From positions 43,834,001 to 43,898,000 of the forward strand of contig OX638153.1 of the NCBI GenBank assembly GCA_951804945.1: 64,000 nt of DNA, read 5' to 3'. The position numbers were made by a program, and so were the translations under genes. This stretch comes from Podarcis cretensis (Eukaryota). The notes under the pieces were generated by a model that saw nothing but the letters and a program-made list of their open reading frames with translations, was not told the DNA's origin and did no database searches. Shown here in pieces: positions 11,894 to 24,445 of the stretch (position 1 is the first letter of the stretch; every line of letters begins with the position of its first letter).

Positions 11894-12269
11894 GTAAAAG
11901 ATAAAGGACCTCTGGACGGTTAAGTCCAGTCAAAGGTGACCATGGGGTTGCGGCGCTCATTTCGCTTTCAGGCCAACGGAGCTGGTGTTTGTCCCCAGTT
12001 TCCTGGGTCATGTGGCCAGCATGACTAAACTGCTACTGGCACATGGAGGACCGTGATGAGTGCCAGAGCGCACAGAAACAACATTTACCTTCCTGCCGCA
12101 GCAGTACCTATTTATCTACTTGTACTGGCATGCTTTCGAACTGCTAGGTTGGCAGAAGCTGGGACAGAGCAATGGGAGCTCACCCCATCGCGGGGATTCG
12201 AACAGCTGACCTTCCAATCAGCAAGCCCAAGAAGCTCGATGGTTTAGACCACAGCACCACCTGCGTCCC
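11894..12269 (-). mobile_element. Sauria SINE, full length
   Basis: The 5' end GGGACGC appears as gcgtccc at 12263-12269. Tail at 11894. TSD tcctttatag (11884-11893, 12286-12295). Confidence 0.92.
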
Positions 12270-13727
12270 TTTACCTTTTACCTTTTCCTTTATAGCAGGG
12301 GTGGGCAGCCCTTTTCAACCAGAGGGACACATTTTCTTCCACAAAGCCTTTAAACAGTGGGGTTGGGGTGGTGATAGCTGTGGCTATTGAGGCCAGAGGT
12401 AAAACTAGGTACCGTGAATCAACAAATGTAAATTTCCCCATTGTACAGTGGGGAACACACACACATCCATCCTCCATCCAGGGAAGCAAGAGGCATTCAT
12501 GCCCCCCCACCCTGTGCTTAGGGTTTCCCCTGCCTGATTTACAGCAACGTTGATTCCTAGGGCCAAAATGCAGGCTTTTGCTTGGCACTCTGCATTCTGT
12601 AAGCTTGTCTCTGTAACAGTTACCATGTTGGAACACATTGAATTTCACATCTTACATAAGATTCCCAACCTAGCTACATATGCTTAGCCCAGCAGCTTGT
12701 CTGCTGCTACCGATGTTCTTTGCATCTGGAACCTCCACCTGCCACAACCAGTTATAATTACAAATGTAGGGGTGGGGTGGGGGGGGGAGAGAGAGAGAGA
12801 GAGATGATAGGAATAAGACTATAAAATTGGGACTTCCTATGCAATAACTCTGCCATTAATTTGAAGGGTTTCTCTGCTAGCACAGGTCACTTAAGAATCT
12901 ATTAGGCTTAGCACAGAAAACTTCACACCCTGTAGGCAGCTTAACTGCAGGATAAAAGAGTGCATATTCCTTCGGAGTTGATTGGCAGGAGTCACGAGTG
13001 CTCCTCTAGCCTGTATCTCTCTCTCTCCCTCCTCACTTCCTATTGCAAAGCCGTCTCAACAGAACTGCTACAGGAATTATTGGGATCATGCTGTTAGCAC
13101 CGTTTAAATATGGAGAATAAGATGCTTAAAGGTGTAACATTGATAGGTAATTTGTTTGCCTGTTTGAGGTGCTTTTAGTCCATTTTGTGGGATTTGCATA
13201 AGCCGTTGGATGATCTGGCTCTCTATAAACCACAAAATATACTTTTGGCATGGGATATATACATCAGTAAATATTATCTACCTACATGCTTCATAAGATA
13301 AGTCATTTCCATCTCAGATTCATCCATTTCTCTAGCATGTCTCTATATAATTGCACTTGGCTAAGAAGGAGCTGAGCAAGGAGAGGCAAGCATAACCTAA
13401 GGAAGGGGCGCGTACAGATTTAACCCCCTCCATCACTGCTACTGATACTGGCTATGGGAAGGACAATTTTCTCTGTGTCCTTTTCCAAGAGCACATTGTT
13501 TTCACCTTCAGTGCTGCTACCAGTCTTAAAGCCTGATGTCCAGGCCATGAACTCCTAACAAAATGAACATTTCACTGATGTCAGTGGGGCTCAGAGCACA
13601 AGTGCAGGGACCCTGGTTTGTTCACTGCAAATCTGACAAGGTGAGTGTAGTGGGGTAAAGCGGGGCATAGCTGGCCCAGCCAAATCAGTCACAAAAGATG
13701 GAACCACTTTCTGGTCTTCTCTAGGGG

Positions 13728-13823
13728 GAAGCAGTAGAGCACATGCTAGCTGTGCAATAGAGCCCAGGTTCAGTCCCCAGCATCTCCAGGTAGGAGTGGG
13801 AAAGGATTTCTCTTGGAAATCCT
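13728..13823 (+). mobile_element. Degenerate tRNA-derived SINE head (Squam2/LF-SINE-like family)
   Basis: gcagtagagcacatgc...ccaggttcagtccccagcatctccaggtagg; same family as the copies at ~32395-32550, 40412-40595 and 41180-41310. Confidence 0.55.
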
Positions 13824-13953
13824 GAATAGCTCAGTTGGTTAAAGCATGGTGCTGATAATGCCAAGTTTGCAAGTTTGATCCTCATACGGGACAGCTGCAT
13901 ATCCCTGCATTGCTGGGAATCCCTTCCAACTCTACAAGTCTATGATTCTATGA
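13824..13953 (+). mobile_element. tRNA-Ile-headed SINE with CR1 3' tail
   Basis: tagctcagttggttaaagcatggtgctgataatgccaag...gtttgatcctcatacgggac resembles vertebrate tRNA-Ile; ends cccttccaactctacaagtctatgattctatga (CR1 tail). Confidence 0.8.
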
Positions 13954-16900
13954 TCCCGGAGATTCACACCCAAACAATGAAGGTGATGCTGAGATAGGTG
14001 GACCAAAGCAGCATCACGTTGGGATTTTACTCCCCGCTGCTCTTACGGGTTTATGCCCCCCATGGCTTGCATTATGGTTCTGGCATGAGGCACTGCAGTA
14101 TCTTACTCTCTTGGTTTCTCTCCAAGCCATCTTGCTCCTGCTCACCTGGCTATGAAATAACTGTGTCACATTCGTGCATGTCATCCTCAGCTGCATGTGG
14201 AGTGTGGCTCAGGGTTGCTGGAAAGATATTACTAGCAAGCAAAGGGCAGAGGACAACAAAACACAAATAACCCTGCCAATGGCAAGGTTCTGATACTGCA
14301 TTTTGGGGTGTTGGGGGAGAAAACCCATCCAGGATAGTTCTGGACTTCTGAGATGGTTCAATGCTGCTGCAGTTAGGTTTGTCTGCGTAGCAAGACTCTG
14401 TGGGGCAGAGGTATGGAAAACCCAAAGCCCCAAGGGCACAAGGCCTCTCTGTCCAGCACTCACTGGCTTTGCTCCATGCCCTCCTGGGCTTCTTATGCCT
14501 GGCTGGAATGCAGCCTTGCACTGCCTCTTGCTCACTTGGATAGAGAATGGGGAGATGCGTGTGCACATTCATGGGCCGCATTCAACTAAGACCCACAAGC
14601 ATGTTCACACAACGGGGCTCCCCCACTCCTCCCCCATGTGTCCCAGACTCCCCCAATTGGCTCTGGGAAACTCCCAGAACAGTACAAGGCAGGGAGTGGA
14701 TGGGGGATTGTTCCATCTGGAAAGCTGAAATGCTTGTGGTGAGGAAACAAGTCTCACAGCGCTGCGATAAATTCCTCGCTCTGACTTTTATGTGGCTGGA
14801 ACACAGTATTCTGTCAGGTGAGAGTTTCGTCTGTTGCTCTGCCCACTTCTGACCCATCCCTGGCATTCAGGCCCTGGAAAGTTGCCTAAAAGGCAGGATG
14901 TGGCCTTCTAGCTGAGAAAGGTTCTCTTCCCCTATTGGAGGAATTGAGGACCAGCTTGCCAAATTCAGGATCTGTCCCATTCTGGTTGATTCAGGATTGG
15001 ACATTTTGAACAAATCATGCTCTCACTTTTATTAATTTCTTGAAGAGTTATAATTATAGGACTCTCAATAAGACTATCTCTTCTCATCTATCTGAGGGAA
15101 TGCTAAGTGGAAATTAAGGTAAGCCGTGTGGACAGTTGGAAAACGCATACGTCCAGCGCCATAAAAGGACAAATTAGGCAATGTGGTCTGTGGGCTTTGC
15201 TATATTAAATTTAGTCCCAGGTTAGTAATCATGCAAACTTTATTCTCAATTAAATGAGATCTTTTATGTGGGGCACTAAGACTTCTTTTTTCTTAAGCAT
15301 TTACCATGGTACATTGATTCCGGGTTTTAAATATTTTATCTACGGCTCTTTTTTACCCTGCCTTGATTTAATTGGAATCCTAATACTGGACTGAGTGAAG
15401 TGCTCAGAATATAAAAGAGGCCTGGAAATAAATAAAAAAAGATGATTATTTCAAATGACAAGCTAATGCTATAACAAGAGAGGGGATTTTGGAAAGAACA
15501 AGCATTTCTTTTATCTAAAGAAAGTTCTTGTTTCAAAAGCTGAAATTAAAGGGAAACAACAAACACAGAACAAGGCTGCGAGACTCAGTTCCAAATCTTG
15601 GCACTTCTGGGCAGGGCTAGGATACGAAGATATCCCTGCCGGAGACCTAGGGAGAGCTATTGCTAGAGAGAGCAGTGGTCTGAATTCGTTTAAGGCAGAT
15701 CTTTATGCTCATAAGCCGATGATTGTTATGTTGTTGCCCACAAAATACTTGCCAGTGCCAGCCCAAGTCATTTTTCTACCCCAGGCAAAGGACAAGATAG
15801 CAATGGGACATGGCAGGTTGCATTCACACACACAATACTGCCCACTCCTCACTTTTCAGTATCTACTACTGGAGGTGTCTGCCTCACTTTGCCTAAAGGT
15901 AGCACCACAAAAAATCTACAAAAATCTATAATTCTGTGAAGAAATGTCCCACTGAATATGTGGCCAATGTAGCCAATGCTACAGTTCTGCCTGTGCACCA
16001 GAATCCTCCCCTCCTCTTACCTGCAACCCCTTGCCAGCTCTCAAAACCTGCTCCAAATTGTTTGGGGAGCAGATAGAGGAGAGGTTGGGGAATTCTTTAA
16101 TATGAGTGGAGTATCTGTTGTGCAGCAGTGGATACAACTCATAGTAAATGGTTGAAACGGTTAAGCTAAGCTAACTACTTCTTTTTGATGAACACAGCAA
16201 GCAGATGTTTTTTGAAGAAACTGTGTTCTCTTATTAACTGTGGAAGAGTAATAAATACAGACCTTATAGTCTCCATTGCTTCACATTGTGTTCACACTAC
16301 ATCAAAAGTTTGAATATTCAAATTAATTAAAGCAATGTCTTAGACATATACACAGCAGTTGGATTCATGGGATCTATTGTGGCTACTAGCCATTGTTTAA
16401 TACTGAGGTTAGGTTGGCTTGTCTGTTGCAGTTTGTACTCAAAGCAGTGTGATATATGAACAGCATGCCCATGAAATCTCCAGTTCTGGGCATGCTTTAT
16501 ATTTAAATATGTATATTATACAAAAAGAAAACCTCAGCTATCCCACTGTATGACAACCAAATCTGGGCATTTTGTTTGTACTTTGAAACTAGCTTTCTTG
16601 CCCTATCTGTTGCTATAGTCTGCCATAAATGATACTTTGTTTGTGTGTTTTCTACTTAGGAATTACCTGCACATGAAAGACACCTGTGGCCTAACAGAAT
16701 TCTGAACTGGATAGAATATTGGTCTGAACTAGCAAAGGCTTCAACTCCTTTTGTAAATATGTTAATGATTAAACAGTAAGCCCTAATTAAACATGAATAC
16801 GAGTCAGCAGAGAATATTGGAGCTGCCCCTCGCAACCCTTTCCGTATGGCTCATTTGCGACTGAGAGAGGTGGCCCCCATGGGTTGGATAGTAAGTCAGT

Positions 16901-17898
16901 CTCGAAATCTTTCTACTTGGAGAGATAGATGTTGAATGTCTAATTAGCGCTGTCTGTTGTGTCATGTTGTGACACGGGTGCCACTCCACAAGGCCAGCAA
17001 ATGACCTTGGATCACAAAGCTCCTCCATTTCATGCAGACAGGATTCAGACTAGCAATCAAGAAGCAACTGAATCAATATCCAATTACTAATTGCACAATG
17101 TATCCAGCTTCTCTCAGCTGGCTTCGCTTTTAATAGGGGCCAGGCATCATATGACACCCACGAGACAAAGATATACGCATCTCCTCAAAAGGGTTTTGCA
17201 TTTTGTTAATAAGCTGCCTAAGATCAGGATGGTTTTTTTATTAAAAAAAATAAACAATGGGCTGCTGTTTTGTTACAGGTGAACGGTTGTTTTCATAGGT
17301 ACAAATTTTCTGTGACAGTGAGCAATAGCAACTAAATGCTAAAGATGCATACCATCAGGTGTGGTCTAGTGTCAATAAGTGAGACAGTGTCCTCCTTTTC
17401 TTCAACTGTCCTTTGAGTATTTTCTATCCCATAACCTGGTTATACGGGGAAACTATTTTACCATTTCACAGTGTACAGTTCCTATGAACCACCTGAAGGC
17501 AACACGGGGGGGGGGGGGGTAAAATCCTTTGTGTAAACTATAATTAGGAGGGTGAATTTGGAATAGGGAGAACTGAGATACTTAACTTTTCTAGCCCAGA
17601 AATCCTGTCCTCAGTGTGAACTGAGCCCAACCTTCCCCTAATGTTCAGCTCTAATTCACAATGAATTCATCACCAGCCAACTCATCCTGGCTCTTTGTGA
17701 GAGCATTGTCTTTGCAAAGGTGGAGAAAACAGTGACAGAGAAGGCCTGTTGAGGCAGGTGAGGCCTTCTAGACTTGGATGCGGAAGTTTAGGAGGATCAT
17801 TTCTGCTCAGGTACATGGGAGTTGTGGTTTCCTATGCTTCCCATTTCAATGACTTGAGATGGGAATCAGAATAAACTACAAATCACATGGACCCTAAC

Positions 17899-18498
17899 TG
17901 TCGTGAACTGGCAGGACACTGAGGAAGGGAAAGAGGATCCCAGTGAGGTGTATGATTGGGACACGCCGGGGGGAAATAAAGATGGGGAAGGGGTGGTTGG
18001 GGACTCAGGAGGTACTCAAGGGACATCAGAGGCATGAAGGGGCAGCTGACAGTTCATGTGAGCCAGGGGAAGTGGACACATCGCAAGAACCAGAAATGCC
18101 CCCATCTCCGTGAACACGGCAGGCTCTGGGGTACCGGGAACTGTGGGGTGTGCACTTTAAGAGACTGAGGCAGGAGAGAGAACCCAGCCCAGCTTACTAG
18201 TTGATCAGGTGAAGATGATGAGACGCGTTAGGTCTGGGAGGAGGTTTGTGGCCTCTCAGCAGGATTTGGCTCAGGCAGGTGAGGATCACATGCTTCATTA
18301 AGAGGAGAGACACAGCTACTTGTGGGAACAAGCCCAGGTGCATCAAGGAAGATTTGGAGGGAAAACAGGAGAAGCCAGACAGAGACTCTGTCTGCTCAGC
18401 TTTCACTATTGATAGACCATGGCTTGGCTGCTTCAGGAACTCCTCTGGGCTGTGATTTTAGGACTGACTCCCTGCTACCAGTAAGTTCCCTGAGACTT
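17899..18498 (+). mobile_element. Putative solo LTR (Gypsy-like), 3' end lost
   Basis: Starts TGTCGTG; purine-rich, GC-rich body distinct from the flanks, similar in style to 50350-50569. No TSD found. Confidence 0.5.
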
Positions 18499-18669
18499 CA
18501 AAATTCTAAGCCTTTTTTTTTTTTTTTTTTTGCGGGGAGCTTAAAAATACCAATATGTCTGGGGGGGGGGGGGAATTGTGCATCTTTGAACATCCTGTAT
18601 GCACATCTAGAGACTAGACTGAGCCATGTGTGTATGGGTATTTAATAATGTGTGTAGATGTAAAATACA

Positions 18670-18925
18670 CTGGGCCTTTTCTGTGGCTGTTTGTGGAATG
18701 CTCTCCCTGCTTCTGGAATGTTGTCTCCGTTCATTGCATATCTTTAGGTGCCAGGCAAAAGCATTTCTCTTCTCTGATGCCTTTGCCTAATTAGCGAGTC
18801 TGTTGCCATTTTAACTGTGTGTGTAGTAATATTTTTGTTTGTTACTGAGATATGCATTTTGGTGTGTTTTTATTGTAAACTGCCCTGTGATCCTTGGATG
18901 AGGGGTGGTATAGAAATTTTATAAA
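18670..18925 (+). mobile_element. Old L2 3' fragment
   Basis: gggccttttctgtggct...tggaatgctctccc...tgtaaactgccctgtgatcctt-ggatgaggggtggtatagaaat L2 end motifs. Confidence 0.6.
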
Positions 18926-19203
18926 TGCAAATACTCAAACATTATACATTTGTTGAAGGAAAAGCTGGTGTAATATTACTGGATCGCAGCAGCACACATA
19001 ATATATGAAGCTGCCTTTATCTTAATAGATCTTTTAGCATTGAAATTTGGGTTGTCTTTTCTAATGATGGACAAATAAAACTCACATTGAACTTCACTTC
19101 AAACTTGGAAGTAGATTCAGGATACATTGCAAACTTCCTAGAAAGCTCAGGGTGAAAAAGGATGGGGTTTGGCGACGGATTCTGAAAAGCTTCAGCATAA
19201 GCA

Positions 19204-19302
19204 GTAATAATAATAATAAATTTATTATTTATACCCCCGCAGCTGGCTGGGTTTCCCCAGTCACTCTGGGTGGCTTCCAACAAAGATTAAAAATACATTA
19301 AA
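19204..19302 (-). mobile_element. Short L2 3' tail fragment
   Basis: tttatacccc...ggtttccccagtcactctgggtggcttccaaca; same family as 3166-3435. Confidence 0.7.
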
Positions 19303-20664
19303 AGTTGAGGGGTAATTAACTTCCTGCTGGACACCACCTCTTCCTTCCAAGCAAATTTATTCTTGCAACAGGGTGGGGGAATTAGTGTCAGGAAAGGCTC
19401 ATTGAAGACAGAATCCATTTTGTTTGTGAGAGGAAAGAATCATGGGAAGGGGGGCTGGCTGGCTGGCAGCAGCTAACAAGCTGGGACTGAACCTGGAGAT
19501 ATCTGGTCCTGCCTTGACGTGGTGCATATGAAAGTCTGGACGGGGAAGTAAGCAGTTTGAAACCCCTAGTTCTGAAACTGGCTCCATCATCACTAATCTT
19601 GTTGGTATGGGGGGAGAAAGATCCGGTGCTGTTATGTATCAGCACTTAAAAGGACTAATTACATCCTTGGGCATGAGCCAACTTCATATTGGATAGTCCT
19701 GCTGTAGTAAAATCATTTATCTGGGAGAGATCTACTAAAGTCAGATAACTGAATTAAAGGAGGGGAATTCAAATGGGTTTCAAATTGATAGGAAAAGTCC
19801 CGAGGGACTAAGAGTTAAAACAGGAAGCTTGTGTAACCAAGTTTCATATAATGGGGCTTTTACATTGCAATCTCTCCTTGCCCTTTCATATTTCCTTTTT
19901 GATCTACATGTTGCGTGTGTAGTATGTTCTTATGCACATCAGTGAAATAAAGATAATGTTCTCACAATGAGGAAGCTCCATAGTAAGATAAATTTGCTGG
20001 AATCAGTAAGTGTGAGAAATGCCAAAATATTGGCAGCAGGTACCACAGAGACTTTCTATAGTATTGGCAGCAACCCCCAACAATGGAATAACATGTTTTT
20101 GCTGCCTCAGAGGTTCTTCATTCTCTTACAACAGAGGAGACAGGCAAGATCTGGCAAGACAATAAAACTGAGATTATAACTTCGCATATCAACCTTTATA
20201 ATATTAATTAGAAAAGTCTGGAGATGTGCAGCCTGATGAAGGTGGAAATGACAGATGCAATTAATGATTGTGTTGCAGAGGCATTATTGGAAGCAGTTAA
20301 TGCTAAGATCTCGTTCCAGCTAATGACCAAGACAGTGCAAGGAAATTAGAAAGAGTTGAAATCCAGGGGTCATGAAACCACACTGTGATGAATATGATGC
20401 AGCACAGTAACCATAAACAGTGCCAGAACTCAAAAGGCATGACTTGGAAAGAGGCAGACCAGCTAGGAATGGAACATTAACAAATTGATGAAAAGCACCA
20501 GCAGATCCGGGCGGCGGGGGGGGGGGGGTGTCATTTGGAGGAGATGGATGCTATGATCTGAAAACAGGCAGTATAGGTTTTGTCCAACTGTGGATTTTTT
20601 CCCTTATGGATTTATGCAGCTTCTTTTGTGTGTGTGTGTGTGCTTTTAATGCAGTACACACATA

Positions 20665-21020
20665 GGGACGCGGGTGGCGCTGTGGGTTAAACCACAGAGC
20701 CTAGGACTTGCTGATCAGAAGGTTGGCGGTTCGAATCCCCGCGACAGGGTGAGCTCCTATTGCTCGGTCCCTGCTCCTGTCAACCTAGCAGTTCGAAAGC
20801 ATGTCAAAGTGCAAGTAGATAAATAGGTACCTTCTGGCAGGAAGGTAAACGGTGTTTCTGTGCGCTGCTCTGGTTCCCCAGAAGTGGCTTAGTCATGCTG
20901 GCCACATGACCTGGAAGCTGTATGCCAGCTCCCTCGGCCAATAAAGCGAGATGAGCGCCGCAACCCCAGAGTTGGTCACGACTGGACCTAATGGTCAGGG
21001 GTCCCTTTACCTTTACCTTT
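20665..21020 (+). mobile_element. Sauria SINE, full length
   Basis: Starts gggacgcgggtggcgctgtgg, B box ggttcgaatcc, ends gtccctttacctttaccttt. TSD cagtacaca (20652-20660, 21022-21030). Confidence 0.95.
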
Positions 21021-21374
21021 ACAGTACACATTGCCTTCTTATGCAGTTTTTTTCTTGTTAGGAGAACAAAGCCTTAAGATGCTACAGGTTGAACATATAC
21101 AACAGATGTGTGATGCTGGATAGAATTGTCCGGGTACCCTTGGAATACATAGTCAGTGCACTTGTTTTTAAAAGTCATAGCAGATCTCATCATAAGAAAA
21201 CAAATTGTTTCTGTTATAGAGGAGAATGAAATAGTTAATCCTATAGAGCAACAGTGAGAAGCAGTTAAATAGGGTTTGTGATTTGTGATTTGTACACCAT
21301 GGGGGAGAAAGCAAGCAAACCTGAAACAGAGTAATAGATTGAGACTGAATTATGGAGTACTGGGCAAAGGAGGA

Positions 21375-21531
21375 GTTGTTGTTTAGTCGTATTAGTCATG
21401 TTCAACTCTCCATGACCCCATGAACCAGAGCACGCCTTGGAAACTCTCACTTTCTTCTCAAAGCTTCTCCTTTTTTATGTCCATGGAGTTTTCTTGGCAA
21501 AATACTGGAGTGGTTTGCCAGTTCCTTCTCC
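21375..21531 (-). mobile_element. BovB (RTE) 3' fragment
   Basis: gttgttgtttagtcg...gaccccatgaaccag (CAA tail, reverse complement) and ttcttggcaaaatactggagtggtttgccagttccttctcca. Confidence 0.7.
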
Positions 21532-22221
21532 AAAAGGAGGAGTACTGGGGATTAATTTGTAGTTTCCACGGTGGCTGCTTATGTTGCTGAAGAGGCAGGA
21601 TACTTTCTGAATTTAAGAGCGACCTGAAAATAGGCTTGCCTCTGCAACAGCTCAAGTGTCTAAAGTGGGGACTGCTTAGAGTCCCCAGCTGTGCTCCCAG
21701 TGCTTGCTGTGTTACTCCTTCTGTCTCCCATCACATCTTCCCACTTCTAACCCATAAGGGTTTGTGCTGTGAATAATTTTAAAAGCCTATTATATTTGCC
21801 ATTGGCTGTTGCTGGATCTGTGTTCTTTTATTCCGAGCAATATACAAAGTGCATAACGGTAACTAGCAGTGCATCCCACAAAGCACTTAAAGCAGCATAC
21901 TTGCTCTTAACAATAAGTCGATTTTGTTGGATTAAGTACACATAATAAGCGGTTTGTTGCTCGCATCCTGCTGCTTCGAGCCCGATTCCTTTTTTAGCAG
22001 GGGCTTTACAATTAATTGGGCTGCCTGCTGCCTAACACACTTGAAGGGCTCCAATGACATCACCTAAAAGGATCCCAGCTGAAACCCAATATTTTCTTTG
22101 GATATACTGCGTTTCTCTTACCACAACTCATTCTCAGAAGCATCTGTAGTAAAGCTTTTATAATACAAGTAGGAATCTGTCCTGTAGGTTTTATACATTC
22201 ATGTAGGACCATGAGTGAAGA

Positions 22222-22244
22222 CTTTCTTTCTTTCTTTCTTTCTT

Positions 22245-22288
<44 letters not shown>
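22222..22288. repeat. (TTTC)n(TC)n compound microsatellite
   Basis: Directly visible; explains the RERERE run in ORF 22060..22443. Confidence 0.95.
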
Positions 22289-22291
<3 letters not shown>

Positions 22292-23004
22292 TGTGTTGAT
22301 AAAAACCTAACGTTAGAAAATCCTGAAGGTCTTTCAAGCAAAAGGAACATATGAAGAAGTCTAATACTAGGCATTGGTGCGCAGAGGTCTATGCCCAGTT
22401 CATCCACTAAGCAGATCACCCAAACAGACACTTTTTGCTGCAAAAACCATCAATACAGACAACTTGTTTAACTTGTTTAACTCCATGTGTGGCAGGAAGT
22501 GGCATGAACGAGCAATGGTTCTAGCAAGGGCTTTGCACTTTGCAAATTGTCTACTCCTGTGTGGTTCCCAGCTGGACTAGGGGTTCTACTTTTTTGAAAT
22601 GTGCATGAAGTCAAGTAAGGATGGTATACAATACACAGCCTCATAACGCTGCTGTAAGACCATGCAGTGATGTTAGAAAGTCCTTAAGCGGTTAATATTT
22701 TTGCTCCTGGCAAAAATACTGGGGGAAGGTATTTTTCTCATTCAAATCAGTTAGCAGAACCTTGATAGATTCTAGTGCTGCCGCAGAATGATACTGCAGA
22801 AAACTATGCAGGTGGTGTTTTGTCAGTATATAAATGAGAGATTACAGATGCATATTTACTAACTGTGTTCAAAATTGTGTGCTAAATTATGCCAGAAATT
22901 TTTACAGGCCTCAACAGCTTGCTAGGCTCCAGTGTTTAAAACAATGGAAACACTATCAGGAAAGCAAAATGAGAATAGTTCATGTATACTAAAACTCCAG
23001 AAGG

Positions 23005-24445
23005 GCATGATCAGCATGGAGAAACTAGCTAATGGTCTTGAATTCCTTAAGAGGATTTAAGACAGTGATAATGACAGCGCATACATAATCGTTTATTTTG
23101 ATTTGCAGAAAGACATTGATAGACTGTTCCTTCCGACAGGGTCTTACATAAAATGTGAGCTTTTGGAATGAAGCTCCAGAGCATGGAAAATTGATAAAGA
23201 GCTGGGTCATATGATAAAACAGATGTTATTTATCTGTGGAAGCCCCTAAATGAAAACTTTGCCATGGAAGCACATCAGAGGAATTGCAAGCATAAAAAAT
23301 GAATCAAGTGCTATTCAACAGGTTTCAGAGCTCATTAATAAATGGAACAAGTGGCACTAATAAATGTGAAGTGTGGCTCAGACAGAGTATAAAACTAATC
23401 AAATGAAACTCCAGTGGAGGGAAAGCTCAGAAAAAATCTTGAAGTATTATTTGTGTGCCTGCAGTGGGAATAGAAAGGAAAGCAACAGACCAACAGAACA
23501 TAATTGGGGTGAAAACAGGCATCACTCTTTAGTAGTTTGGTAGATGAATGGGAGTGACTTAGGCCTGATGATACCCAGTATGGCCTCTGGGTATTGAAAT
23601 TGGGAAATAATTGAGAAGAAAAAGTTCAGCATCGGTCCATCCACAGACCCAGAGCCAACTTCCTGGGCATGGATCCGTGCTTTTCCTTAGTTATTCAGAC
23701 CTGCCAGTCACCTGGAGTACTGCCTTAAGATGCCCCAAACAACATGCTGCTAAGGGGAAACTCCTAACCAGAGGAAACAAAAGTTTCAGTTGAAATGTAC
23801 TGTTTTGCGTGCGCGCGCACACACATTATCTTTGTATCTCTCTGTGCTTGAAACCAGTATTAACCATGAAGTTGAAATATTAAGAGTCAGCAGTTCTGTA
23901 GTTTCATATCACATTCTTCTTAAACTTTTAGATGAAAGCCACTGGGGTCTGGATATCTATTTCTGCTTAAACTATCAGTTTGCTCTCAATCCTCTTCCAA
24001 ACTCAATAAGTGAAAATTGTGCAGATTTGATACTAAGGCATTGACATAGTTTTATAGCACACACATACATAAGGAAGTAGAAGCACCATGGTGTTTTTAA
24101 TCTAGTGACTGGGACATTATTGTGCATGGGAAAATATTGATCAAAATGGATGGTTGGATTAATAATGCTGATAAGGTTTGCATGGGGCTAAATGATTGTA
24201 TCTTTCAAGCATGACACATGCTCAGTTTAGACAGGAAATATGGATAGTGGAGGTATGGATAATGAGATTCTACAGTATAATCAGTGATCTGTACTACTGT
24301 AAACATATTAATTGAATTACTTATTTAGAGGCCATTACATGCATCAGGAAACACATCAGGCCTTGACATGGCAAATTTGCCTTATAATAGTTTACAATGA
24401 AAATAATTGTTTTAATATTACACAGAAGGTAGCTGTGATAGCAAC
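23005..24445 (+). mobile_element. Very ancient, fragmented CR1/L3 reverse-transcriptase fossil
   Basis: Collinear degenerate motifs: QHG (23012), NGLEFL, YIIVYFDLQKDIDR (within 23067-23123; cf. VYLDFQKAFD), VPSDRVLHKM, LIKSWV, QSSLING, MLIRFA (~24165) and WQI..FN (~24370-24415). Confidence 0.5.

Noticed and set aside
13998-14866. Cluster of overlapping 90-140 aa ORFs
   Set aside because: No recognisable domains or splice structure; explained by local GC-richness and old repeats.
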